Made by a program: the position numbers and the translations under genes
Part shown: positions 10,601 to 18,631 of the stretch, one piece after another
Position numbering within the stretch: the stretch's first letter is position 1
How the letters are laid out: every line of letters starts with the position of its first letter
Notes under the pieces: generated by a model
Database searches by the model: none
Seen by the model: only the letters and a program-made list of their open reading frames with translations
What the model was told of the DNA's origin: nothing
Assembly: GCA_007130885.1 (NCBI GenBank)
Contig: SLRQ01000050.1
Coordinates: forward strand, 38,661 to 102,660
From: Deltaproteobacteria bacterium
GTDB taxonomy: Bacteria > Myxococcota > Myxococcia > SLRQ01
Reading direction: 5' to 3'
DNA: 64,000 nt

Positions 10601-13600
10601 ATGGTACGCGAGCGTCGATGGAGGCCAGTGAAAGCGGTGGTGTTTCCTTGGTCTCCTCGCTCGATGAGCCATTCGAAATCTCGGATACGGGAGTGAATCC
10701 AAGAGGCTCGATTGCCGCGAGGATCGGATGGATCCGGGCGCGCGAGCTTGTGTCTAGAGCGATCGTCCCCAGTATCTCCGGCTCCTTGTTATTCGTGCTC
10801 GCTCGCAACAGACGACCGCCGGCCTCGAAGCGGGCTGTCTCGTTTCGCGGGCGAATCTCGCCAAGCAAACACTCCATGGTGAGCCGGTCACCGGCGGAAA
10901 GCTTGATCCCCGGCTTCAGGGAGAGCCAGTCGTGTCCGGAAAAATATTCGGCCGCCGCCTCGTCGGACAACGTGAAAGCCAGCCGTTTCGGCTCGTCGGC
11001 TCGAACGGAGAACCGGGTGTGTCCGAAGGGTTCCCTCACGAAGAACGTCGAAAGGACCAGGGCGGCGAGCTTGCCGTCCTTGTGTATTTCCGACCGCGCC
11101 TGAAGAGTCCGACCATCACTTCGATCCTCTATGCGCGTCAGGCGCGCCTTTACATCGACTTTGTCGCCCACTCGAAGGGGCCATGTTTCGCCGGGTTCGA
11201 ACTCGTGACGAAGATGAACTAGTCGCGAGAGACCGCCGGCGACTTCCTTGTGAGATAGAACGCGGAACAATGGCTCCCAAACAAGAGAGAAGCACAGATC
11301 CGGGGGCGCCTTCGGTGAGTATTGAAGGCCGGTCAAAGCCGCGTAGTCCTTGACGCGTGCCGGCTCCACGAGTTTGCGGTCCCATGCGGTCTCAAATGGC
11401 GTTACCGCGTCTAGGGGACCTCCAAACAGCGAGGCGTGATAGAAATCGCGCAGGCTTTCGGCATGGTCATCCGGATTGGATACGAAAAGGCCCGACCTGG
11501 GGTGCCGGTTCCAGATGAGCACCAGCGGTGGAGGGGAGGCCGCTTGGTCCGGCAGGGTCGCCATTTGAATAGTCAACCGGATGCATTGGTCGCGTCCGCC
11601 CGACTCCGTGCTTGGGAGAAGGTCGACGGTCACTGACTCGAGGCCGTCCGGACAGACATAGCCCAGGGAGCGTCCCGCTTGGTCGACGGACAGCCTCGCG
11701 CCCTTGAGTGTTCTTATCAGCTTGGGTAGGGGGTTTGGTTTCGATAGCCGGCCTTCGCCGAACCTAGGCGCGACGATGAAATCGGCCAAGGGCGCGGCAC
11801 AACGCGCTCTTACGACCCGGATAAATGACTCCGGTGCGGCGCCGGCGGTCGCACGGAATACGACCTCTTTCGGCTCTTCGTCCATTATGAGGCCTTGGGG
11901 AAGAGGGAGGGCCTTGGCCCTTGAACCCGATGCCTTGACGTCTTCGAGAAGAGCGGAATCAAAGCGGCTCAAGAGGTCCGCCACGGGTTCATCGACCTTG
12001 GTTATCCCTCTCACTGCTTCGGGGCCGGGAAGTACGAGAACCTTGTCCGCTTCAAAGCGGGCCTCGTCCTGCAGCCAGAGGGAGTCGGATTTGTACCAGC
12101 GTCTGACGTCTTCATCGATGATGGGCACGAAGTTCACGGGCTTGCCGGGTCTCGCGCATACTTCCCGGATGAACCAGTGTACGTCGGCGGGCCCCGGACG
12201 ACGCATTGCCGCTTCAGGCCAGCGAGCGACGAGGCGGTCCAAGACCGCCTTGGGATCGTCTAGCTCGTCAAGATGGCCCAGCGTACTGGGAACGGTGCGA
12301 CCAGCGGGTGCGAGTCTTGACTCTGCTCTCCAGAGCACGTCCGCGACGCGAGAGCGCCAACCGGCGTCGGGCCAAATGCCGTCCTCATAACGCCCACCCG
12401 AGCCGATCGCCATTAAGGACACCATGCGCTGGAGGACCTCCAGCCAGCTCATTCGGTCTAGGTCGCCGAAGAAGGGCTTTGCGGTTTGGTCGAGGGCTTT
12501 GACTATTTCGTCCCGCCGAGCCGCGATTGCATCGGCGTCGCCTGCTACCTGATCGAGCAGTCGCCCGCATCTTGCGGCCGCGTTGTCGATGTAGTGGATG
12601 TCGGCGGCGAGCTGGCTCTTGCCGGAGGTGATGCCTCCCTCGGACTCGCCGGACAGAACCCAACTTTCACCGCCTGGGGTTTCGACAAGAGCCTGCTTTA
12701 CGGCCGGTGAAGCCTTGGACTCCTTGCAAGCCATTGCGAGCGTGCCAAGAAAAACGGCGTCGACCGGCATGGGATCCAGCTCATACCGGCATGCCCACCT
12801 GCCCGTGAGCAGCTCGACGGCGCGTGCCTCTGTGGCTATTCCGCCGCCGGCGCAGAGGATCACGTTCGGTCTAGAGCGGAGAAGGTCATAGCCGGCAAGC
12901 AGAAGCTCGTCGAGGTCCTCCCACGAGTGGTGCCCTCCGGCTTTTCCTCCTTCCACGTGCACGAAGATCGTGTGCTCCGGAGCCGCTTCAGCTATGCGGC
13001 CCACTTGCTGCACTTGAGCGATCGTTCCGGGCTTGAACGCGTTCAACCAGATGTCATTCGCGCGAAGCTCGTCCAGAAGGGCGCGTGCCTGGTCCGTATC
13101 GGGTATCCCCGCGCTGATGGTTAGTCCGCGAATAGGTGCGCCGGCGGCGCGTGCCTTTTGAACCAACTTCCGCCGGCGAATATGCAGATCCCACAGGTAG
13201 GGGTCCAGATATAGAGCGTTGAATACGATCTCACGGCCGGGGTCCAAGGTTTCGGATAGCTCCTCCATGCGCAGGTTGAACGTTCGCTCGGTTACCTGAC
13301 CTCCACCGGCGAGCTCCGCTACAAAGCCGGCGTTCGCGGCGGCGGCGACGATCTCCACATCGACTGTTGTCGGGGTCATTCCGCCGAGAATGAAGGGAGG
13401 GCAGCCGGTGGCTCTCGTGAAGCTGTTTTCGGCGGTCAAGGCTCCCCGACTGGTCGAAAGCGAGGGGGCGAGTTCTTCATAGCGGATGATGGGCGGTATG
13501 CTTTCGGGAGAGCTTTCCGAGAAGAGACGCTCTCGGCCGGTCGGCTCGGAAAGAGGGATGACCTCGACTCCGCTTCCCTTGAGAATGGAGCGTGTCAAAC

Positions 13601-14852
13601 GGGCCGCGGCGTCGCCCGGGCCCAAATCCAAGATGTGTTGAAGCTCACCATCTCGCCTGAGCTCTCGAATCGCGCGTGTCCACCGTACAGGCTCTATGAA
13701 CTGCATGTTGACTAGGGCACCGGTGAGGTCGGACGAGTCGTTGAGGCGCTCACCGGTGGCGGGGGAGATGCAGTCGATGACGAGGTCGAATGCTTCCACG
13801 GCGAAGCCGATCTCGCGGACGGTTTGGCGCATGGACTGAAGGCCGGATGCCATGGCTGGAGAGTGGTAAGGGCCGCCCACCGGCAGATCCTCCCACGTGA
13901 AGGTTCCGATTTGCCCGGCGAAACGGCCTGCTCGCCGGAGCTTGGTTTCTCGATCGGCCCGAGCCGCGAGCCACTCGTGGAGACGATAAAGAGCCCTGGG
14001 AGGTCCGCTGACGACGAACCGGGTCCTCGTATTATGCAGAGCAATTACTATCGGTGTACCCGGCGATGCACTCTCTCGGCCACCGTCAATCGTCCCAGAA
14101 TCGAGCAGCCTGTTCACCGCTTCGACCCCTTCGGACAGACGCTCGAGCGTGAGGCCCGAGATGGCGGCCATGGGCGCGGTCCCTGATTGTTTCGCGGTTT
14201 CGGGGGCCTTGGCCCAAGACTCAGCCATATGAAGGCCTTGCCAGGCCATGTATCGGACGTAATCCAGAAAGCGTTTCCTCGAGACAATGCCGCGGGGGCT
14301 CTCGGCTATCAGCACAGAGGGCATTACTCCTTGGGAGTGGCCCAAAGAGGCCTTTATCGCGCCCGACTCGAACGCCGCGGAGAGGCCTTCGTTGAAGGCC
14401 GCGATGTATCTTGCCATCTGTGTGATAAAGAGCAGCGGCTGGGATACGAGCGAGGAGGATAGGTAATCCGCTGTGGGGCGAGCGCTCTCATCACGTACCC
14501 ATCGCAGCAAATCGAGGCCTTGGTCCACGAAGCCGCTGGACCGGAACGAGCGCTCGAGGGCCAGGTCGCGAAGAAGCACGTCGGCCGCGTCGACCCATTC
14601 GCGAACGACCGGCGAGTCACGATAGATATCCGAAAGCTCATCGATACAAGAAGCTCCTTGGCCGGCGAATGCGACGGCCGCGGAGGTCTTGCCTCGAGCC
14701 AGTAGGGCCGCCAGCGAAGACTGCAACGGCTTCGGGATGGACTCGTCGGTCTCGGACAAGACCGACTGGTCTACTTTGGTCTCGAATGACCTGCCTCCGT
14801 TTACCATTTCCGCGGCGATGCTCGAACTCTTGTCTCCACGACCGTGACTCAT
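4623..14852 (-). CDS. fas: Type I fatty-acid synthase, bacterial (CMN-type) single polypeptide, 3409 aa: AT-ER(FMN TIM barrel)-DH-MPT-ACP-KR-KS
   Basis: AFAGQG and GHSQG (AT). FILGGMTPTTV...ELAGGGQ...HVEGGKAGGHHSWEDL (fungal/CMN-type FMN enoyl reductase). DLNPIHYSP (hot-dog DH). YVFPGQGIQ and CGHSVGEY (MPT). LVDLGAEFNLG (ACP). TALVTGAGPGSIAFEL (KR). VGACATANVS and GHAKGGAAAW (KS). Confidence 0.9.
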   Translation of the reverse strand: MSHGRGDKSSSIAAEMVNGGRSFETKVDQSVLSETDESIPKPLQSSLAALLARGKTSAAVAFAGQGASCIDELSDIYRDSPVVREWVDAADVLLRDLALERSFRSSGFVDQGLDLLRWVRDESARPTADYLSSSLVSQPLLFITQMARYIAAFNEGLSAAFESGAIKASLGHSQGVMPSVLIAESPRGIVSRKRFLDYVRYMAWQGLHMAESWAKAPETAKQSGTAPMAAISGLTLERLSEGVEAVNRLLDSGTIDGGRESASPGTPIVIALHNTRTRFVVSGPPRALYRLHEWLAARADRETKLRRAGRFAGQIGTFTWEDLPVGGPYHSPAMASGLQSMRQTVREIGFAVEAFDLVIDCISPATGERLNDSSDLTGALVNMQFIEPVRWTRAIRELRRDGELQHILDLGPGDAAARLTRSILKGSGVEVIPLSEPTGRERLFSESSPESIPPIIRYEELAPSLSTSRGALTAENSFTRATGCPPFILGGMTPTTVDVEIVAAAANAGFVAELAGGGQVTERTFNLRMEELSETLDPGREIVFNALYLDPYLWDLHIRRRKLVQKARAAGAPIRGLTISAGIPDTDQARALLDELRANDIWLNAFKPGTIAQVQQVGRIAEAAPEHTIFVHVEGGKAGGHHSWEDLDELLLAGYDLLRSRPNVILCAGGGIATEARAVELLTGRWACRYELDPMPVDAVFLGTLAMACKESKASPAVKQALVETPGGESWVLSGESEGGITSGKSQLAADIHYIDNAAARCGRLLDQVAGDADAIAARRDEIVKALDQTAKPFFGDLDRMSWLEVLQRMVSLMAIGSGGRYEDGIWPDAGWRSRVADVLWRAESRLAPAGRTVPSTLGHLDELDDPKAVLDRLVARWPEAAMRRPGPADVHWFIREVCARPGKPVNFVPIIDEDVRRWYKSDSLWLQDEARFEADKVLVLPGPEAVRGITKVDEPVADLLSRFDSALLEDVKASGSRAKALPLPQGLIMDEEPKEVVFRATAGAAPESFIRVVRARCAAPLADFIVAPRFGEGRLSKPNPLPKLIRTLKGARLSVDQAGRSLGYVCPDGLESVTVDLLPSTESGGRDQCIRLTIQMATLPDQAASPPPLVLIWNRHPRSGLFVSNPDDHAESLRDFYHASLFGGPLDAVTPFETAWDRKLVEPARVKDYAALTGLQYSPKAPPDLCFSLVWEPLFRVLSHKEVAGGLSRLVHLRHEFEPGETWPLRVGDKVDVKARLTRIEDRSDGRTLQARSEIHKDGKLAALVLSTFFVREPFGHTRFSVRADEPKRLAFTLSDEAAAEYFSGHDWLSLKPGIKLSAGDRLTMECLLGEIRPRNETARFEAGGRLLRASTNNKEPEILGTIALDTSSRARIHPILAAIEPLGFTPVSEISNGSSSEETKETPPLSLASIDARVPSSMHAFAEAGQDLNPIHYSPVMARFAGLERPIAHGMWTSARLTAFAIEEIAAGDRGRLRKQETEFLAPALPGEPLRLEAVRTGTAAGDLNVTLTAKVRRDDDFVPIARSEARIAAPRTAYVFPGQGIQRSDMGMAGYARSAACREIWDRADAFTRRSLGFSILRIVRDNPSEIVVNGRSLVHPKGVLNLTQFTQVAMAVLAQAQAAELRERGVLAEDAVTCGHSVGEYNALGALLGILPLETLIEVVHQRGLVMHGLVPRNDRGESGYGMGVIRPHYAGLDHEMAVRLVGDIRDSTGAFLQIVNYNVRGRQYSVTGRIEALEKLRHSLEEIAVGGKPPYVEVPGIDVPFHSELLSDGVDAFRDAIDAALPARLPADRLVGRYVPNLLAVPFSLERSFALEIRELTGTRALDEVLDDYDKLARQPDALARTILVELLAWQFASPVRWIETQELLLRSRDEGGLGVERIIEIGVEHQPVLTNMARATLGYLGQADTVEILHAEADLDRVLCLDRDDPTSDGPGDDTTEACPSPSSKPGATREEVAEPSRSANESVIETGAEPDAEPVDHPVSPLDAIRLMMATQARLRLEQIDDDETIDGLFDGVSSRRNQALVDLGAEFNLGTIDGASERPLGVLAADISHRARSWMGPGPFTRGVQDEAIGRVLGRSGLNRKAAQKYLTEKWNLGPGLISSALDLLALESREGTSARGGPLGSLAGLRPAGKAAAYELLDEVCKTLADRNGLPLRKRGSSSNGKQQVVDAAAVEALEERLTGPDGALMRAARDLAGHLGHRLDATAGEAGTSKQESPETRLETWEAEHGPEYERMVRPSFESKRHVAFSSPWAFAQRDIAKLYLDASNDRLSISRLAEETARLAVHSRGRDAERFCSTASWYASLARLDGREELAKALESLASGRLSPAPVPVQATRPRVEIAENGSIRYEERPDPRPDALKSLANEIELSGDALSPDDDRLDSVFREVLASATKHPLDFTGRTALVTGAGPGSIAFELVRHLLRGGARVLLTTSTYNKDRLLSYRRLFQHEASPEAELHVVPFNQASVGDIDALADWVFGEITEQAGATVRTTKRPFAPDILVPFGALKQIGTLDGLSPHTEAAMRAMLLGVERLVGAVASRFARIGIPRSPCHVLLPLSPNHGDFGGDGTYAESKAGLETLLSRWHSEQEAWGNATTICGARIGWVRGTGLMDANDPVAAALEEETGARTFSSAEMGLVLAGLCTDDLRAAASKTPLRADLTGGIGRIANLRATVDRIRSRIDAATTKKRRLAALSSKEAELLDSVNVPRSTVTGSDAWPEAVNPPSLRPWPTSVETPLSETVVIVGAGEVGPFGSARPRFEIETEDSLSSAGVLELAWMTGLVRWEPGPPSGWIDVETEEAVQETEIKARYESTVRKQSGIRFIEPETAGYDPERAPVLAKVWLERDFSFPVTSEQEARSFLQNDPENTRAHYDPQSDRWTVTRLAGTEVRVPREVDFDRSVAGIVPRGFDPARYGVPAEMVETLDRATIFNLISTADAFLSAGLTPEELYTWIHPSRVGNTQGSGIGGMQSLHRLYLDHILGQERQGDILQETLVNVVAAYAVQAFSGSYGPMIHPVGACATANVSIEEAMDKIRVGKADFVIAGGFDDIGKEGALGFADMGATASSSEMQAMGMEPEQMSRANDIRRRGFIEAQGGGTLLLARGDVAARMGLPVLGVLAYSASFGDGIHKSIPAPGMGALACATGGRHSPLGEALARFGLTTDDIAFVSKHDTSTNANDPNESDLHHRIQESLERTPGNPLWVVSQKSLTGHAKGGAAAWQIIGLCQSLAAGIIPGNRNLENVDPAMRSHSHLAFSDDSLRPGPALPLRAGLLTTLGFGHVSGVALVLHPDCFAGLMSPKERESWLRRSSNRREEAERHRAKVWMGEEAAFTKRTHRRFVAPDGSAAQADEEASMLLDPNARFDPARGVFSRAASNTEPSSSTPSGDEVEAKTEAGA

Positions 14853-15287
14853 GCGATCCCTTTCTAGCGTTTGCCGGCGTTCCTTGTAGCGCGTAAATGC
14901 AGGCGTAGGCCCGGTTGCCTCAAAGAAAACCGACCGGTCAGTCTAGTAGGGGATCACAGTAGCCGGGCGGATCGGTGCTGTCAACAAGGTCGCTGCCTGA
15001 GCCATCCCCTCTATCGTCCGAGTCGCTTGGCGGAGCAATCCCGAGGTATTTCGATCGCTTGGGGAGCAATCTGAAGGCGAGGAAGAGTCGGAGTGCAAAG
15101 TAGGCCGTTTGAATCAGGCATCGGGTGAGTTTGCACCTTTTTTCGAGCGCGCGAGGGAGCGCGGACTCATGGCTTCCCCGCTTCGTCATGCTCGTTCCGT
15201 TTTTCGAGAGCCCGCGGGAGCGCGGGCGTGGCGAGCGCGGAGAGCGGCAGCCGCGGCAGCGATGGGCCCGGCTGTTGTCCTGCTATA
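14853..15287 (-). promoter_or_regulatory. TetR-to-fas intergenic region (435 bp) with two pairs of direct repeats; candidate fas promoter/operator region
   Basis: CGCTTGGcGGAGCAATCc at 15014-15031 and CGCTTGGgGAGCAATCt at 15046-15062. TTTTTCGAGcGCgCGaGGGAGCGCGG at 15138-15164 and TTTTTCGAGaGCcCGcGGGAGCGCGGG at 15200-15226 (62-bp period). The second pair contains the CCCGCGGGAGCGCGGG palindrome. Confidence 0.3.
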
Positions 15288-16448
15288 TCAGGCCTTCTCG
15301 GCCAGCTTCGAAGCCTGTCGCACCAGAGCGGCGAAGGCGGGGACAGGTACCGGTTTGGTGTGAGGAAGATCGAAGTAGCGAGTGCGGAGCCCCTTGCCTC
15401 GAAGCTTGGCCTCGGGGTCCGAGATGGCGATGCCGTTCTCGAAGGTTACGCGCGTGGCATCTTGACGTGGCTCTATTCGGCAAATGACCGTGCCGCCCCT
15501 GATGTAGCCGAGCGCCTTCTTTCCCCTGGTCAGGCGCTCGCTGGCGTCCGGTGCCGACTCGAGAACCAGGCGCCGTAGCGTGAAAACTTGCTCATGGGCG
15601 ATTTGCGGCATCAAAGCCAAGAGAGCCTTGATCTCTTCCTCTTCGACCCGTGCTCCTTCGATGGCGCTATCAGCCTTTTGGTGTCGGGTTAGAGCGGCGG
15701 TTTCGCCTGCATGCACCCGGCGAAACAGGCGGCCGAGCACACCCACGATCTGTGCCCCGGCTGATGAGCCGTCCTCGGTGCCTTCAGCTTCCGAGTGCGG
15801 CTTGATTCCGATTTGACCTGCGGAGGTGTTCACTCTTTGGAGCAGGCGTCCGAGTACGCCCATGACCTGCCCGAACGCCTGCGGGGGCCGGGAGCTGTCG
15901 AACTCCGAGAGCTCCCATGTCAACAAGCCGGTGTAGGCCCCAAAAATGGCTGATGCGACACCTTGCAGCTCGTCTTCGTTGAGCTCGTCTTTGAGGGCTG
16001 GGCGCAGCATTTCGGCTATGGCGGTTCGAGAGCGGCGATGGAAGCGGGAGAGAGCCTCGCGGATCTTGGGGTCGCGCCGGGCGTGCACCGCGAACTCGAG
16101 CCAAAGAGGAACTATGACCCTGCCGCGGCGGCTTTCCCGCTGAAAGGCACGAGTAATGGCTCCCACGTAGTCAGGCTGATCGAGTGCCTCCTGAAACTGC
16201 TCGTACAGCTCGTCCATCACCTCTCGAGTCCAGGTCTCCAGGATGTCTATGAACACCTCTTGCTTGGACTCGTAGTGCCAGTAGAGGCTGCCCTTGGATA
16301 TGCCTGCTTTCTCGCAAATCGCATCCACGCTGGTCTCGTGGTAGCCGCGATCACGAAAGCACCGATAAGCGGCGCTGCGAATCTCCTGCCGCTTCCGGGT
16401 CCCTTTTGTCGAAGTCTTACGTCTCACCCTGGCTCTCTCATCCGCCAT
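15288..16448 (-). CDS. TetR-family transcriptional regulator, 386 aa, with an unusual long C-terminal extension (possible FasR-like fatty-acid synthesis regulator)
   Basis: N-terminal TetR HTH (RQEIRSAAYRCFRDRGYHETSVDAICEKAGISKGSLYWHY). Lies directly upstream of fas on the same strand. Internal repeat GVLGRLLQRV / GVLGRLFRRV. About 150 extra C-terminal residues. Confidence 0.8.
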   Translation of the reverse strand: MADERARVRRKTSTKGTRKRQEIRSAAYRCFRDRGYHETSVDAICEKAGISKGSLYWHYESKQEVFIDILETWTREVMDELYEQFQEALDQPDYVGAITRAFQRESRRGRVIVPLWLEFAVHARRDPKIREALSRFHRRSRTAIAEMLRPALKDELNEDELQGVASAIFGAYTGLLTWELSEFDSSRPPQAFGQVMGVLGRLLQRVNTSAGQIGIKPHSEAEGTEDGSSAGAQIVGVLGRLFRRVHAGETAALTRHQKADSAIEGARVEEEEIKALLALMPQIAHEQVFTLRRLVLESAPDASERLTRGKKALGYIRGGTVICRIEPRQDATRVTFENGIAISDPEAKLRGKGLRTRYFDLPHTKPVPVPAFAALVRQASKLAEKA

Positions 16449-16514
16449 CGTAGGAGATAATGACCTCGCTGGTGGTCCCGGCGCAAGCCGTCAGAACATT
16501 CACGCTAGGCGTGG

Positions 16515-17399
16515 CTAGCGCCGTTCCACCCATCGCAGCGAGAAGACCTCCTCTTCGAGATCGACTCCGAACTCTATGTTTGCAAACTCGAGCCGGGTCA
16601 CCGAGTCTTCTATCACGTGGTCTTCGATGGTCATTCGGGTGGGAAACCTTCGTTCCTCCTCGAACTCCTCGATTTCGCTCATGGTCCAGGTCTTGAGGAG
16701 CATGTCGTCGAGGGCGTACAGTTCCTGCTTCAAGGGGATGAATGTTCCCTTATCGACCCAGATGACTCGCCGGGGGTATGTGACGGCCCGGTCCTTGGCC
16801 GTCATCTCCAGTTTCCAGGTGGGCTGCCCGTCCAGGTCCTCCTCGCCCACCAGCTCGGCGTCATACATCTCTCTCATCTCGGGTGACTCCATCAGATCTT
16901 CGTACGAAACGTCGGAGCCCATCATCCCTTCCCGAAGCATGTGACCCGAGATCTTTTGGACTCTGTCTATCGCAGGCATGTACATCCACAGCTCGTCGCC
17001 GAGCTTGAGCATTCGCGTGCCTCGCTCGCGCGGCGGGGATAGATACTCTATCGCGGCGTCTTCCAAGCCGCGGGCATACGTTTGCATCTCGAAAGTGCGC
17101 GTTCTTCTGCCCTCCACCACCATGGTTACGCGGGCGGTTCTGGTCTCGAAGGTCAGATTCTCGTCCACCTTATCCAGAATCTCGTCAGCAGACGTTGCAC
17201 CCGCGGACTCCCTTGTCGCGCTCGTCTCTTCCTCGTCACCTTCCTCCGCGGAAGTGGATTGATCGCCAGCCTCGCCTGCTTTCGGCTCCTCCCGGGGTGA
17301 GGATTCATCGGCGCTCCCCTTTGGGAGATCCGCCGCCAAAACGAATGGCGAGAATGCAAGCGACAACAGAACGGCAAGAGTCAGTCTTTTCATGGTCAT
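16515..17399 (-). CDS. LolA-like outer-membrane lipoprotein-sorting family protein with signal peptide and acidic low-complexity linker
   Basis: Start MTMKRLTLAVLLSLAFSPFVLA (ATG at 17399, ATGA overlap with the upstream permease stop). The track ORF is extended upstream by an open frame. Acidic stretch, then a LolA-like beta-rich domain (TFEMQTYARG...KLEMTAKD...). Confidence 0.7.
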   Translation of the reverse strand: MTMKRLTLAVLLSLAFSPFVLAADLPKGSADESSPREEPKAGEAGDQSTSAEEGDEEETSATRESAGATSADEILDKVDENLTFETRTARVTMVVEGRRTRTFEMQTYARGLEDAAIEYLSPPRERGTRMLKLGDELWMYMPAIDRVQKISGHMLREGMMGSDVSYEDLMESPEMREMYDAELVGEEDLDGQPTWKLEMTAKDRAVTYPRRVIWVDKGTFIPLKQELYALDDMLLKTWTMSEIEEFEEERRFPTRMTIEDHVIEDSVTRLEFANIEFGVDLEEEVFSLRWVERR

Positions 17400-18631
17400 C
17401 TCCTGGTGCGCATAGCGACCACGGGCTGCACGTAGGCTGCCCGGATGGACGGGATTACACTTCCGATGAACGCCGCGAGCAAACCGAGCAGGAAGGAACC
17501 GAGCACGACGCCGGCCGTCAGCTCGCCGTATACGGTTGCCGTGACCGGAAGATCGGCTGCCAAGGTCGTCGCGACGTCTCCAATCTCTACGCCTCGCGCA
17601 TGAAGCAGCCAAGCAGGGCCTATGCCGAGCACGATGCCCGCCAAACCGCCGAGGCCGGCGATGATGATCGCTTCTACGATGAAGATCCAGACGACACCCA
17701 AGCGTCCGAGACCCATTGCGCGAAGAACGCCGATTTCGCTGGTGCGTTCGAGTACCGACATCATCATGGTGTTCAGGATGCCCAAGGCCGCCAGAAGCAC
17801 TATTGCGAACACCAGGATCCCTTGTACCTGTTCCATGAACCCCGCCAGCCCGCCGTACGGCTCTCGTTCGATCCAGGCTTCCACCGCCATCCCCTCGAGT
17901 TCGGGAAGCTCGCGTAGCGAGCGCGCCAGAGCCGGGGCGTCTTGATATCTTTCTCCGAACACCAAGATCTCGATAGTCCCTTCGGGTATGTCGGTGATCC
18001 ATCGAAGCTCCTCCAGCGGGAGAAAGACCTGCTGGTCGAAGAAGCTCGAACCGGCGTGCAGGATGCCGACCAGCGTTCCCATGGCGGGGGACATCGAGCC
18101 ATCCTGTGTCATCCCGAGCAGAACAACCTCGTCGCCGAGCTGGGCGTCTACCTGCCTGACTACCCGGTGTCCCATGACGAGCTCGTCCTCGTTCTCGAAC
18201 CAGCGGCCCTCGATCAACTCGTCCATCGCCTGAAGGCGGTCTCTATAGTAGCTCTCGGGGGCTCCGACCGCGCCGGCAAAGACATCCCCTATCTCCTCGC
18301 CCACCGTAACCGTGACCCCCGTCATTATTCTAGGCATTGCCGCGACCACGTCGGGGTGCTTCGAGAGCAGCTCGACCAAAGGGTCGGACGGTTCTATGTT
18401 TTCGTAAAGTGGGGCTAGCTGCTCTTGGGCCGAGTACTCCTGCGTCACTATGCGAACATGGCCGGCAATGGAGGCCGACTCCTCCATCATTCCACCGAAG
18501 ATACCCGTTACCCAGGTCAGGCCCATGACGAGCAACGCTACTCCCAATGCGACCATTGCAGCCGTGAGCAGGCTGCGGGTTCGATGCCGCCACGTGCCTC
18601 GAGCCGCCAGACGAAAAAGATGGGTCCGCAT
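17396..18631 (-). CDS. ABC transporter permease, FtsX/MacB/LolE-like (4 TM plus large periplasmic domain)
   Basis: The track ORF 17396..18796 overlaps the upstream gene. The likely real start is MRTHLFRLAARGTW at 18631 (TAATG junction). C-terminal FtsX TM bundle. Confidence 0.8.
   Translation of the reverse strand: MRTHLFRLAARGTWRHRTRSLLTAAMVALGVALLVMGLTWVTGIFGGMMEESASIAGHVRIVTQEYSAQEQLAPLYENIEPSDPLVELLSKHPDVVAAMPRIMTGVTVTVGEEIGDVFAGAVGAPESYYRDRLQAMDELIEGRWFENEDELVMGHRVVRQVDAQLGDEVVLLGMTQDGSMSPAMGTLVGILHAGSSFFDQQVFLPLEELRWITDIPEGTIEILVFGERYQDAPALARSLRELPELEGMAVEAWIEREPYGGLAGFMEQVQGILVFAIVLLAALGILNTMMMSVLERTSEIGVLRAMGLGRLGVVWIFIVEAIIIAGLGGLAGIVLGIGPAWLLHARGVEIGDVATTLAADLPVTATVYGELTAGVVLGSFLLGLLAAFIGSVIPSIRAAYVQPVVAMRTRR

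Noticed and set aside
4623-14852. Considered calling the 3409-aa ORF a modular PKS or PfaA-like PUFA synthase
   Set aside because: Domain order AT-ER-DH-MPT-ACP-KR-KS, a fungal/CMN-type FMN TIM-barrel enoyl reductase (HVEGGKAGGHHSWEDL), a single ACP and an adjacent acpS fit bacterial FAS-I, not PKS/PUFA synthases (which start with KS and use MDR-type ER).
15109-15487. Plus-strand ORFs (84 and 120 aa) in the TetR-fas intergenic region
   Set aside because: They are built from the GC-rich direct repeats/palindromes. The region reads as regulatory DNA rather than coding.
15700-15860. Internal duplication within the TetR gene (GVLGRLLQRV / GVLGRLFRRV) as a possible mobile element or repeat insertion
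   Set aside because: In-frame, short, and within one protein. More consistent with a small intragenic duplication than a mobile element.
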